Shown here: positions 39,801-52,200 of the stretch, in pieces | Numbering within the stretch: the stretch's first letter is position 1 | How the letters are laid out: every line of letters starts with the position of its first letter | Assembly: GCA_001643675.2 (NCBI GenBank) | Contig: LSRY02000003.1 | Span: 2,480,001 to 2,544,000, forward strand | Direction: 5' to 3' | Source: Monocercomonoides exilis PA203 | Taxonomy: Eukaryota > Protista > Preaxostyla | DNA length: 64,000 bases | Program-made: the position numbers and the translations under genes | The notes under the pieces: model-generated | What the model saw: the letters and a program-made list of their open reading frames with translations, nothing else | Told to the model about the DNA's origin: nothing | Database searches by the model: none

Positions 39801-42800
39801 ATTCTGGTGGGAGAGGGTCAGGAGGAGGTGGGTCGTCTTCCTTCATGAAGAGGGCGGTGGAGGGTGTTAACACAGAAAAGGGGAAGATGGTTTCATCATC
39901 TGTGAATGGGATGGGAGAAGACAAAGCAGTTTTTGAAGGGTTTGTCGATTTCTCTGCGTTTGGGTCGTATTCTTTGAGAGACAGCCACGGAATGTCTGAA
40001 CTTGTCATCAGCAGTTTTGTGGAAGAAGAAGTCGAAGCATTCAAACTCTCCTTTTTCGGCTCGATTATCTTCGGAGGAGGAGTTTGAATGCCACTTTTTG
40101 AGGCGCCGTGGGTGGGATCGAATATGAATTGGTGGGGAATACCTGAGAAGTTAAGAGGAGATTATTCAGAAAGATTGATAGAAAATAAATAGAAGGAAAA
40201 TGAATAGAATACAAATATAGAATGAAATGAACAATAATAATGATAAGATAAAATAGCTTTCATACCATCAAAATAATATCCAAGAATTGGCTTTGTATTC
40301 AACGTCAGTTTGGCCTCTTTCTTCTTCCAATTCCATTGCTTTTGAGCAGATGAAGCTTTTCCTTCACCTTCATCATCATCATCTTCTTCTTCACTTCCAC
40401 CTCCATCTTTTCCTCTCTCTTTCTTCTTCTCTTCAGAACTAGACGCTGAATCCAATGAAAAAGAATAAGAAGAAGAAGTTGGATCATAATCCGCAGGGGG
40501 ATTGAGAAGAGGGCATTTCAAAGTGATTAACGATTGCAACTGCTTCATTCGCTTGTCTGTTGAAGCATCTGGCAATGATGTGCTGCTTGAAGATGAAGAA
40601 GAAGAAGAAGAAGAAGAGGAAGAGGAAGATGAGGAAGAAGATGAGGAAGAAGAACTCTTTTTGTTTGAGCTTCTTTTCGATTTCTTTCGCGAAAGTTTTC
40701 TTTTGCTTGGCTTGCTAAATGCTTCACTATCTTCATCGTCGTCGTCATCATCATCTTCTTCTTCATCACTTTCACCATCGTCACTTTCATCATCATCCTC
40801 CTCCTCATCATCATCGCTATCTCTCTTCTCCATCTTCCTCGTCTCCTTCCTCTCTACCCTCTCTCTCTCTGAACTCGCCTCAAACGGCCTGAATTCCTTC
40901 CACCCGACACACACTTTCTTCTTCACCTTTTCTGGAATCATCACTTTTGGCGCCTCGTATTCAAATCTCCCTTCTTTCGAAGAGCAAAAAGAGCCGTCTG
41001 AAACAGGCGGGCGCGGAAGAGGGATCGGAATGAGCAGCTCAAATTCAACCAGAAAACACAAAGTCAAAAACGGGTGCGGATAGCAAAAGCGAACAAAAGA
41101 TGTTTTTTTGGCTTTTGAAGGAGGCAAGTAATTGACAATGTTCATCTTTTTGCCGTCTTTGCGCTGCATCGAAGAAGCTTTGCCTTTCACAAGAGGAATC
41201 GAAAGAGGTTTTTCAGATAGCATTTTGTGAGTGTTGTGCACGAAGACATGGAGGGTGCGGGAGAGGATGGTGACAGACTGATCATCTGAGGGGAAAAATA
41301 AAATTTATAAACAAACAAACAAAAAAAAATAAAAAAAAGAAGTTTATGTGAATGAATTATTGAACACAATCACTTCAAAAGCACAAACCGTTGTCTATCC
41401 CATTCTCTGCCAGTCTGATGTAATTCACTTTTGTTCTGATCTGTTCTTCGAGTGATGCATCCATCTTCACACACACATTCTCCAATTTCAGTGTCAGCGG
41501 TACAACTTCAATCGGATTCGCCAGGCGATTTCCAAAGAAGAGCGGGCGCTGTGTCACAACTGCACGAAGAGTGCGATAACCAGAAGGGAAAAGAGAAAGA
41601 GAGAGGGTGGAGAAGCTGAAATCTTGGTTCCTCTCTTTCGTCTGCTCCTTCTCTGTGGTGCTGGGCTGCTCGCAGAAGTCGCTCCGCTCCCAAAAACTCT
41701 GATCCAGCCAGGATGAACCCAGAAAGGGAACATATTTTGATTTTGACAGATCTTCATTCTCAATCTCTTCACTCAGCGTTGCTTCTTCGTCTTCTTCTCC
41801 TTCTTCTCCTTCATCGTCGTCATCATCGCTTTCATCCTCACCATCATCTTCTTCTTCGTCTTCATTACTGTCTTCTTCTTTGTCATCATCGTCGTCTTCG
41901 TCATCTTCGTCGCTTCCTTCATCAGAACTTCTTTTCCTCTTCGATTTCTTTCGCTTCAAATGAGAATTTGATCTTTTTATCTGCGCGCTCTTCTTCTTCC
42001 TCTTTTGAGCTGCTTTCTTATTTGCATTGCCTTTTGCTGTTTTCTGCTTTTGAATCTTTTCCTTTGTGAATGCGTCCATAATCCTCTGCTTCTCTCTCAT
42101 TTCTTCTTCTTCTGATTCTTCCACAACTGATTTAATCAGATTCAATGTCCGCTCCAAAATCAGAACTTGAGGTGTTTTTTTGCTTTGGCGTGGCGCTTTC
42201 TCTTTCTTCTCTGTTTTTTTTTCTTTCAACTGGCTTGTCTTCATTTTCCCAGTTTTTTGGTTTTTAACTTGGCATTTTGATGAGAGCTTGACACTTTTTC
42301 GTTTTGGATTTCTGTCTTCTTCTGAATCTTCCATGTTTTCAGCTCCGCTTTCATCAGCATTTTGTTCATCTGCTTTCTTTTTCTTTCTCGAAGGATCCAG
42401 TTCTACCAGCTCAGCTTCAATGAAGTCTTTTTGCTCGAGCAATTCTTTCTTCATCGTCTGCTTCAAAATCACTCGATGCGCTGGCGATATGACGCCAACC
42501 TGTGACAACGATGCATTACGCTCGTCGATGATCGCATACGATGGTAAAGCCTTACTGAGCTTTGTGAGCATCTTGTGCGGAACTAATGTGAAAGTTAGTT
42601 CTGATTCTTGCATTGGAAGGAGATTGGCTAAAAAAACAAAAGAAACAGTCATTTTTTGGATTATAATGCAAATTAGAAAAACAACAGACGTTGAACACTA
42701 AGATCTGTTTGTACAAATAGCACTCGTGGAGAACCATATGACAACTATTTTTTCGTGAGGAATAATAGAATTATCAAACAAATCAAGAAAAAAAAATAAT

Positions 42801-43382
42801 TGAGAACGAAAGAGAGACAGAGAGATCAAATTTTAGTTCAAACACCAACAGCTTCTTGAAATGGAAGCAATGATGATTTCTTGTAGTTGCTGAAGTCCGC
42901 TTCACTTTTTATGTGATCTTTTTGAATTGTGGTCCACCCAATTCCTGTTTCTCTGAAAACTCTGTTGTATTGGTCCAAAGCTTAATGAAAATCAAATATA
43001 GTTTTAAAAATTAGTTTCAAAATACAGTAATTAAATCGTAGGCACGCAGCATACCGACGAATGTTAATTCAATTATTATTTGAAAGGATATGTCATCTGC
43101 AATGAAAAACAAAATATCATTTGTTGTGCATTGGAAAACGTCAGTTTCAATTTCTTGGCGCTCGTGAAGTCTTCCTTCGTACGTACCTCCAAGGGCTGTC
43201 CTTGTAGTTGTGTTCAAAAAAGTGATGTTATAACGATAAAAGCATGGACAATCGGTTATTCCTGATTTCTGTAAGTTGAAGCAAATTGATTATGAAATGC
43301 ATAATTATTAATTAAAGCATACTATTTCTGGATGCTCTCGAATTCGATCCAGTGAACGGAGAAACAGACAATATCCTTTCAT
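33855..43382 (-). CDS. NPHP4: Nephrocystin-4-like ciliary transition-zone protein, about 10 exons, with long S/E/K-rich insertions
   Basis: NPHP4-like blocks recalled from memory occur in the right order: RYNITFLNTTTRTALGGTY, LSYGSPRVLF, VHNTHKML, HPFLTLCFLVEF, FFSFQMFALPRCYTP, HLQIDIWDEQTQQLFGHAFLPLSAL, FFEVPIAN, HHIDRTFHVF, FCLALFND..YEIWEVVV. ORFs are separated by AT-rich GT-AG introns (e.g. 43322-43269). The start at 43382 is inferred. Confidence 0.75.
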
Positions 43383-43643
43383 TCAATTTTGAAAGATAAT
43401 GTAATGGGCAGGTGGAAAAAATAAAACAAATTTAATTCATGATGTATATCTCATTTACTCTTAAACTCTTCTTTGAAATCAAAAGGAAACATGAGAGAAA
43501 TTGTTTTGCAATCCCGATACAAAAGTTTTTATAAATGAAAAATCAAATGAAGTTTTCGTGAATGTTATGAATGGTAAATAGATTGCTCAAATTATTAACT
43601 TGCTATTCAAAAATATTGATGTTTTCAATTTTATTTCAAAACA

Positions 43644-44485
43644 ATGTACGACAACATTTGGCAACATGAAGGTAATGATTATGTTGGTGGCGCTTTAGTT
43701 CTTGGACATTCGATCAAAAGACATCTTAAAGTTTCTTGCGACATTATATGCTTAGTAACTTCTGATGTTATAAACGATGCTAGACTAACTTTAACCAAGA
43801 TATTTGGTATTTGCGTGTTTTCGTGTTAATTCAGAAATAATTATTTTATTCTTGATAGATTTTGTAATTGAAATTGAAAAGATTGAATGGTCATGCAGCA
43901 TTGATAAATGGAAGAGATTTAAAGACAGCCACAAATGGATTTATTCTTGCTTTACGAAATTAAACGCATTTCAACTTTCTAGCAATCAAAGAATTCTTCT
44001 TCTTGACGCTGATATTATGGCGGTTGGTTCAGTTGATGAACTTTTCACAAATACTTTTATTTGCTGTTTATTGCGTTCAGATTTATGAACTTCTTGATTT
44101 TTTCATTTCTATATAAAAACATTATCTATTATTTTCTTTTTATTTGAATCTTCCTTTAGGAACTGTTACCGGTGATGAATGCAGCTATTTAGAATTAGGC
44201 GCTGTAGTAAATAAAACGCGTGTTGTCGATTCACTTCGAATGTGCCATGGAATTAGTGGTTGTAGCTTGCTTTTCGAGCCTAATGTTAAGGATCTTGAAG
44301 GAATGCTGATTGAACTTACACAAAACAAACATTACGGTAATGAAAGATTCAATGCAGGACCCTACGAGCAACTTGTTGCACAGTATTTTCTTAAGAAAAA
44401 CAAATGCTGGCATTATTTGCCATCAAAATATTCCATTCCTGGCCGGAAGTCGAAGCTTGTGGAGGGACTTGCAAAGTTGATATAA
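43644..44485 (+). CDS. Glycosyltransferase family 8 (glycogenin-like), two introns, possibly degenerate
   Basis: DYVGGALVLGHSIK, CFTKLNAFQL, ILLLDAD (DxD motif), SVDELF. Intron 43807-43858 restores the frame; the second intron (~44075-44159) is less certain. Confidence 0.7.
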
Positions 44486-45316
44486 AATGAAAAAACAATA
44501 GAAGAGCCAAAGGGAAGTAATCATAAGGGAGCAAAAAGAAGGGAGAGAGGTTCTGAAGATAACGAAGAATTTATTGGTTTTGGGAAAAGAGGAAAATGGA
44601 AAAGTGCAAAAAGAAAAGAAAGAGAAGAAAAAACGACTCAATTGATGCAACATGCTGAGTTAAAAGGAGAAGACAAGGCAAAAATGGAAAGGAGAAGGCA
44701 AAGATTCGGAGGCTTAACAACAAATAACAGCAGTTAGCCAAGTTAAAATCCAGACCAGTTGCGACAGAAGAGCTGATTGAGCTGGTATACAAAATGGAGA
44801 GAAACATGATGTTATTGCTTGTACCAATGATGGTGTAGTTTGTGGTTATGCTGGTTGCATTGTGCGATGCACTGTATGCGCTGTCTTGCAATGTGAAGTG
44901 AATTAAGCGGAATGTGGATTTGAGGAAAGATGTTTGTGTGGAAGGATGCAGATCCGAAAAGGAGAAGTGGAGAAGAACTGGAAAGAATGGCAGGAGAGTG
45001 GGAGAAGAGAAGAAGAAGGAAAAAGTCGAAAAGGCAAAACAAAGCGCAGATGATAATTTTTATGTTGGCCATTAGATTGTATTACGCCTGCTCAAATATG
45101 GAAAAAGAATTTTTGATTTTATACAAAAGTCGAAACTAATTTTTCGAGTTCTAGAAGAAATTCACTTTTGTCCCTTCATTGAATCTTTCTAATGCATCTT
45201 TATCTTAACTATCTTTTTATCAGGAACAATGACTGATGAATCATTCGTTCAAATCTGCGTTTGATCACGGAATGCGAAAAAAGACTGAAAATCATCCAAT
45301 GAAAAATAAGAAGCTA

Positions 45317-48097
45317 CAATGAGTAAAAAACCCGGGACATGGTAAAAAACCCGGACTTTAAAAAAAAAGAACTTTTTTCTTTCATTAAAACATTTGATTG
45401 TTCAAACAAAAAATGCTCTAATATAACATTGTAAGTTGGAAAGTTAATGCTTTTCAAATTGTTTCAATGAATTTCTTCCCTTTAACTGTTGTTCATCAGA
45501 TAAGATGATTATTCGACATTTCTTATTTGTTGTTGAAAATTAAAGATGAAATAAAGCTAATTTAAAGTGAAATGAAATTATCAAACCGTATTTTTCACTG
45601 TTTTCGGTTGGTTTATTTGATTTGACTTTCAAACAATTTTTTAATCATTTTGCTCATTGTGATCATTCCCTTTTTTGAAATGGAAAAGAAATCAATTTCT
45701 TCGGAAGAGCTTCTTCGGATAGCTGCTACAAGAGAATATCGGACAATTCATTCCAGATCTCGAAAAATTTTTGAAATCAAGAAAACATATCCATTGACAG
45801 TGAACGTCGCAGTCAAAGCGAAAGCAATAACAAGGCAGGCTTGGTACAGAGGCAAAACAGCTGAAAAGGAAAACAGAGATGTTGGAAAAGAAGGAAGACC
45901 ATCTCTTATTAATTCTGAAAAACTGGAAAAAATTGAGAATCAGGTTTTGTCTTTATTATCAGAAGGAGTTTTAGTTCGAATGAAGCACATACAGGAAATG
46001 GTTTTCGTTTTTTTTATATGTTAATTTATTTATCTTTGTTTTTTTTAGGCAATTAACATTTTAAATACGGAATCAACAAATGAAGAAGAAAACGAGAAAC
46101 TCCATCCGAAATTATCTTATTATTTAGTTCAAAGAAGCTCCATATTAAAGGCAACCCTGGCAAGACCGCTTGAAATTGCAAAAATTCGGTCACAGAGCCC
46201 TGAAAATGTGATTAACTGGTTTGAAGAAGTGAAAGAAATCGTAGAAGGAAACAAGATCGAAGTTTCAAATATTTTTAATTTCGATGAATCTTCTGTACAA
46301 ATTAAAGAAAGTTCTGCAAAGTTGGTCATCTGTTTGAAGGACCAAATCCCTCCTTCTCCTCCTGAGCCTCGAAAATCTTCAAACGCGACTTTATGTTTTT
46401 GCGAATGCTCAGACGGTTCTCATCTTCCTCATTTTTTGCTTTTTCCAAAGAAGAAAATACAGGAAGAATTTTCTAATTTAAAATTTTTCGATATCAACTA
46501 TATTCCTGCACCTTCAGGATGGATTACCACTGAAATCTGTAAAATCATCATGCTTCAAAATTGGATTCCTCTCATTCATCAAAAAATCCAATCGACATCT
46601 TCGAAAAAGGCTCTCCTTCTTCTTGATAACCATACCACCCATTCATGCTCAGATGTCATTCGTGAAGCAGAAAAAAGCGGAATCTTCATCAAAAAGTTCC
46701 GTCCTAACATGACACATATCCTACAACCATGCGATAACGTAATTTTCGCCAGATTGAAAAGAACGATAAACAATAATTACAAAGTCCCTTCGGATGATTC
46801 ATCTTCTTCTTGCAGAAAGGCACTTGCTGAGGTTTTGCCAGACGCAATCTCCGCAGCAACCGATCCTTCAGTAGTTAAAACTGCTTTTCTGAATACAGGA
46901 ATCTGGCCACTAGCAGCTTCTCAAGTTCTATCAAAAATAAGTGGATCACCGTCAAAATCTTCTTCCATAACTTCTTCAGATGAAGCAAAAAAGGAACTAT
47001 TTGATTCTTTCACACCAAAACGGAAAATCAAATCATCAAGAAAGTGTAAAATGGATATCAAAATCGATGAAAAACACAGCATTGATGGATGCACACAAAC
47101 AGAAGATAATTTATTCTATGACGAAGATCACCGTACCAATTCTGATAGAAGCAATTTTACCAAAAGAATCATCAGAACAAGAAAGAAAAAAATTGACAGC
47201 GACTTTTTATATGAAGATGACGAAGATTACGAAAAAGATGAATGGAAAAGTGAGCATAAGGAAAGCGCATAAGATACAACTCAATTTGAAAGCAAAAAAT
47301 ACAAAATACAGCATGATGATAACTAATAGATGGAAATATTAATAAGTTTGTTTAGTAATTCTTTTTGTTGAAAATCAAATCCAATTTATTGCCAAACTTT
47401 TAAATATTTGACTTTAAATTTATTGTTTGTCTTGTATTGAATTTTTTTTGTGATAATTTCTTCAATTCTTCATTTCCAGTTAACTGAATTTAGAAAAGAC
47501 AAAGGATGAAATTCACGGAGCATTGGATTGGAAGAAACTTAAGTTGCGTCGATAGAAACTTTCATTTTTTTAAAATAATATCACATCAACAATTTTGACA
47601 ATTTAAGAAATACCATTTCACATTAACATCTTTGAATTCGTTGAAAAAATACAAAAATTGGGGTTAAATATGGACTTTCAAGCTTTTTATGCACAAAGCT
47701 TGAAAAAATTGTTTCACTCATAACATTTTTAAACTTTATCAGATTTAAAAATAAATTTGATTTTCATTCCCGTTAAAAGGCATCATTGAAATCAAAACAT
47801 AAAGCTCTCCAATATTTCACGAATGTCAAAAAAATGACCCATTTTTTTTGTGCTTTTTGATATAAAAAAGTTAATCGAAAATGCATAATTTTTCAATGAA
47901 AATGCCTGAAGTGAAATATTTTGCCCCAATTGTATTAAAAAACAATTCTCAATTCAAAAAATCTCCAAATGTTCAATAATTACTGAATAAAACATAAAAC
48001 ATATCGGCCAATTGATCATATTTGAATGAAACAAAATGCAGTTGCAACATTCAAAAAGTCCGGGTTTTTTACCATGTCCCGGGTTTTTTACTCATTG
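45317..48097 (+). mobile_element. Complete pogo-type (IS630-Tc1-mariner) DNA transposon, 2781 bp
   Basis: Perfect 43-bp TIRs CAATGAGTAAAAAACCCGGGACATGGTAAAAAACCCGGACTTT at 45317-45359 and 48055-48097. TA on both sides (45315-16, 48098-99). Confidence 0.95.
45680..47272 (+). CDS. DDE_1/pogo-family transposase, DD35D, 514 aa, one intron
   Basis: Exons 45680-46000 and 46049-47272 join in frame across a 48-nt GT-AG intron. Motifs FNFDES, LLLDNHTTH and HILQPCD, with 35 residues between the last two Asp. Confidence 0.9.
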
Positions 48098-49281
48098 TAT
48101 CAACCCATGTGACAAATTCAAAAATATGGATTTTTCCATTAATTACTGCATTTGATATTGAATGAAGAGAAACTTTAACGATAATGAACAAACTTATTTA
48201 AAGTTTAAATTTTCGATTTTATTTGAAACAAGATGAAGAATGAAATTTTGAAATATGTTTTCGATAAGTTAATTTTGAAACATTCGATTTAGTCTTTAAT
48301 TATCTCATTTAAAGTTACCATGAACTTCAAAAACTCAAGAAATGGATTGTCAAGTTCATTCTAATCAAATAAAAAAAATCAAAAGCAACAAATTAAATAA
48401 GCATTGAGAAAAATATTAGGTTGAATTTCGAAATTTTGCTCCTTCTAACACTTCTTTTAATTACGTTCATTTAATTTGAATTAGAAAAAATTTTTATTTC
48501 AATGTTCATTCAAGAAGTTGAATTTGAATCACTGTGTTGTTACCTGTCGTTTCTGAATACTAAAACCGTTCAAAAAATCTTCGTTGAATTATAAAATTTC
48601 TCCGTCAGATGAAACATTTTTTCAATAAGTATTTTTCATGAAGTGACTGTGGTCAAATGTTTATCAAAGGCTTTTGAAAAACATCAGTGAGTAATAAAAA
48701 TGAAGTGAAAAATAAAAAAAAACAAAATAATAAAAAAGCTTTATTTATGAAGCATAAACATAAAAGGAAGTTATTTGAATATGAAAAAAAATTGATAGAA
48801 ATTTGTTTTGAAAGTGTAAATCACAGCTGAAAGGAAAATAAAAATGAATTCATGAAAAAAGTCACTCAAAAATTAATTACAAGAAATTTGTCTTTGAAAT
48901 TTATTGAAAATGTATTTTAAAATAAATCTTAGAATCACATTTTCTTCGAAATCAAACATTCATCATAATTGAAAAATGCACATGCGAATTTTTTCCAAAC
49001 AGATTCTGGATCGAATCTTAAACGCAGCGGATGCTTTCTTAATCGTTAGAATTGTCTTCAGATAAAAAATAGGCTCACAAAATTACTTGAATTAGTAGAA
49101 CAAGAAGCATCTTTTCTGATTGCGAATGGATTTTGAATCTAATCATGATCAGTTATTTGCAAAGCACAAGCATAGTGTTCCTTTCAACCAATTTCTTTCC
49201 AGATTGGTTGTTCTCATCATAATCTCATCTATTTTTGAAAGTGAATTAAAAATCTTTCAAGTCGGGTTATTCTTTCAAATC

Positions 49282-52200
49282 TCACAATTTTACAAAAGCA
49301 TTATCATTTGAACTTCTCTTTTTTGCAAATACTTGTCCAATTACAACAAATATTACAATGAAACCAACAGCAGCAACAAATACAATCCACCATGGAAACA
49401 TAGTTGATGTGGATTTTGTTTGACTAACTTTTTCATTGCTATTCGAAATAACATCCGACAACAAAACAGGATCTGTTTTAACCACTTGAGTCTTTCTTCG
49501 ATGCGAATCATTAATTTCGTCCTCCTTCAATTTCAATACAGCCTGTATAAAAATCTGGCCTTTTAATGAGTTTAAAGTGAATTTAAGTTGAGATTTTGAT
49601 GCTTCCACAACAAATTCCTCTTGGCTCACAAAGGTACAAGTTATAAACGGCAAAGATATAATTTCTTTCTCCGAAGAAGAACTTGAGTTGTTTAAAATAA
49701 AAACTTCATAAGATACGAGGCACGGAAGAAGATTATTTCCAATAAAATGAATCATCATTTTGTCTCCCTTTTCGCTTTTTGTAATCTCAGAAATATGAGG
49801 TCTGCAAAATTGATAGGCTTTTTGTGGAAATTCTCGTAATACTGTGTCTGCTGTTTCAACATCTTCCATCTGACTCCAATTCATCATCCCACTAACTGTG
49901 CATCCTCTGTTTTGCATCCAGAGTTCCAGATACTCTCCTTCCAGAAGATTATCAAGATTTTGATTCCCGGATTCGTCGGAAAATGAAGCAATTGATAGTG
50001 AACTATTTTCACATAAAATGTTTCTTCGAACAGAATTGTACTGTGACGAGTTTGGTGTGTTGTTGAAAAAAGTCACACTCTTCAGATTAATTTCTCCATC
50101 TCTAACAGACAAGGCACCAACCGAAGAATTTGCAAAAGTTGTTGATTCAATTGAAGAGCTACAATTCCTGAGATATAAAAGCGATCCTTCAAATTGGCAA
50201 CAAAATTTTCGTTCATTTTGTTTTTCTCCGTTAAAAACAATGCTCCGCAAATTGCTCATTCCAGAAATTGTGCAATTAGACATTTTCACAGTGCTGTTTG
50301 ATACATTGACTAGAACACCATGAGCAGCAAAATTATTATTGACGCAAAGCATTGAATCTGAAATTGATACATTAACGAACTCCATCCTAATAAGCGAAGC
50401 ATTCCCAATTTTGGAAAAATTTCTTAAAAAGAAACTTGAAATTGAAATATTTGGTTTGATTGAAGGCATTGAAGATGTTCTATTGATTATCAAAGATGAA
50501 TTAAACGTTACATTCTCAAAGAAAACATTGTCAACTTGAAATGCATTGAATTCTCTTCCAAAAGCAAAAACCGAGATGAATTGAAATTTTGAATCAAAGC
50601 AATTGAACGTGCAGACTTTAAATGTGCCACCTTGGATATAAAAAATGCAATTATTGCTTGCTGAAGATGACGGTTCATTTCCAGATTTAAGAATAGAACT
50701 TAAAATAGCATTAGAATTTGCGGTTGCAAATCCGCATGCCCCACTAAAAAAAGTTTTATGAAATGTGACATTCTCAAGCATGGTTTCACCGGCTTTTACA
50801 GTTGCAAAAGTGAAGCTGACAGATTGAGATAATGATGAGACTGTAACATTCTCCAACAAAAATTTGTGATACACTTCAAAAACAGCATTGTATCCCTTTA
50901 TTCTTGAAGGAAGAACAAATTGAATATCGCTAAATTCAGTATCAACGTTTAATTTTATTAAGCTTCCATTTGCAGTTTCATTCCTAGCAGCAATGTTTAT
51001 TAATACTAGATTTCCATTAAATCCTTCAATTTTCACACGACTCCTTTCAAATAACGCAGTGTCTGTCAGGCTAGATTGATTACAGATACTGATAACAGGA
51101 GTATTGCCTCGCTTCATAAGAGCATATTCAATTGTTTTGCATGCAAACTTCAATAACCCGCAATGAGGATAATCTGTCCCTTTTCCTCTGCTTCCATCAA
51201 CAACGACTGCGGATTCAGTTTCACACAAATACACAAACAATGGGAATATATTTTCTTCATTTCCATTTTCAGTTCCGCACAATCTCCTCGGATCCAAAGG
51301 AATGGTTGAAGTGTCAAAGAATTCAAATGAATCCCTGTTAACCTTTGTTTCAAGCAATATTCCAGTTCCGCATTTAACAAAAGCATCTTTTCCAAATATA
51401 GCTTCGTTTTGATTTTCCTCTGAAAATCTCACTTGAGATCCAATAACCAATTTACTTGATTCGCCTTCTAAATATACCATCATCCCTCCTCCTCTTCCTC
51501 CAAAAATTGCTCTACCTTCCGAAACACATCCTTCAAATCTTGCTGTTCCATTAACAATCGCTATTCCACTTTCTTGCACATCAACATACACTCCTCCTCC
51601 CTTTCCACCAGCACAACTGCACCCATTCGCATTGCATCCATCAACAGTCAACGCTCCACTCGTTCCAACTGTTCCTTTCATCCATCCTCCATCTCCACTA
51701 TTCTTCACAACTCCACTGATATTGCATCCTGAACAAATCACACTCGCCATTCCTTCACAAAATTCAATCGCTGAATGAGCTCCAAACACAAGTGCTCCAC
51801 AAATCACAAATCGTTCCATGTTCAGACTCCCGCTCTGCGCATTCACAATGCTATATCCAAAGGCCACACTCGATGTGCTCTCTGATATATGAGCAACTGA
51901 GCAGTCTGTGAGTGTGAGTGATGAGCTTGTCAAAACAATGAGCGATGTTGCACTCGATAATGAAAATGGAATTTGGAACGCAATGTTCTTGATTGAGCTT
52001 GCACTCTGAATATTCATCAAACACGAAGATTTCATTCCACCTGGAACTCTCACATTCACATTCGTCTTGTTTGTTGTGCAATACACCTCCCATTCATATG
52101 ACCCTGCCATCGGCACAACTTCTCCCAGCTCAAACCCTGGATCCAACACAATGTTCTTCTTTGACGAACTGAATCTGTTCTGTGCTGCATGTGTGATCGT

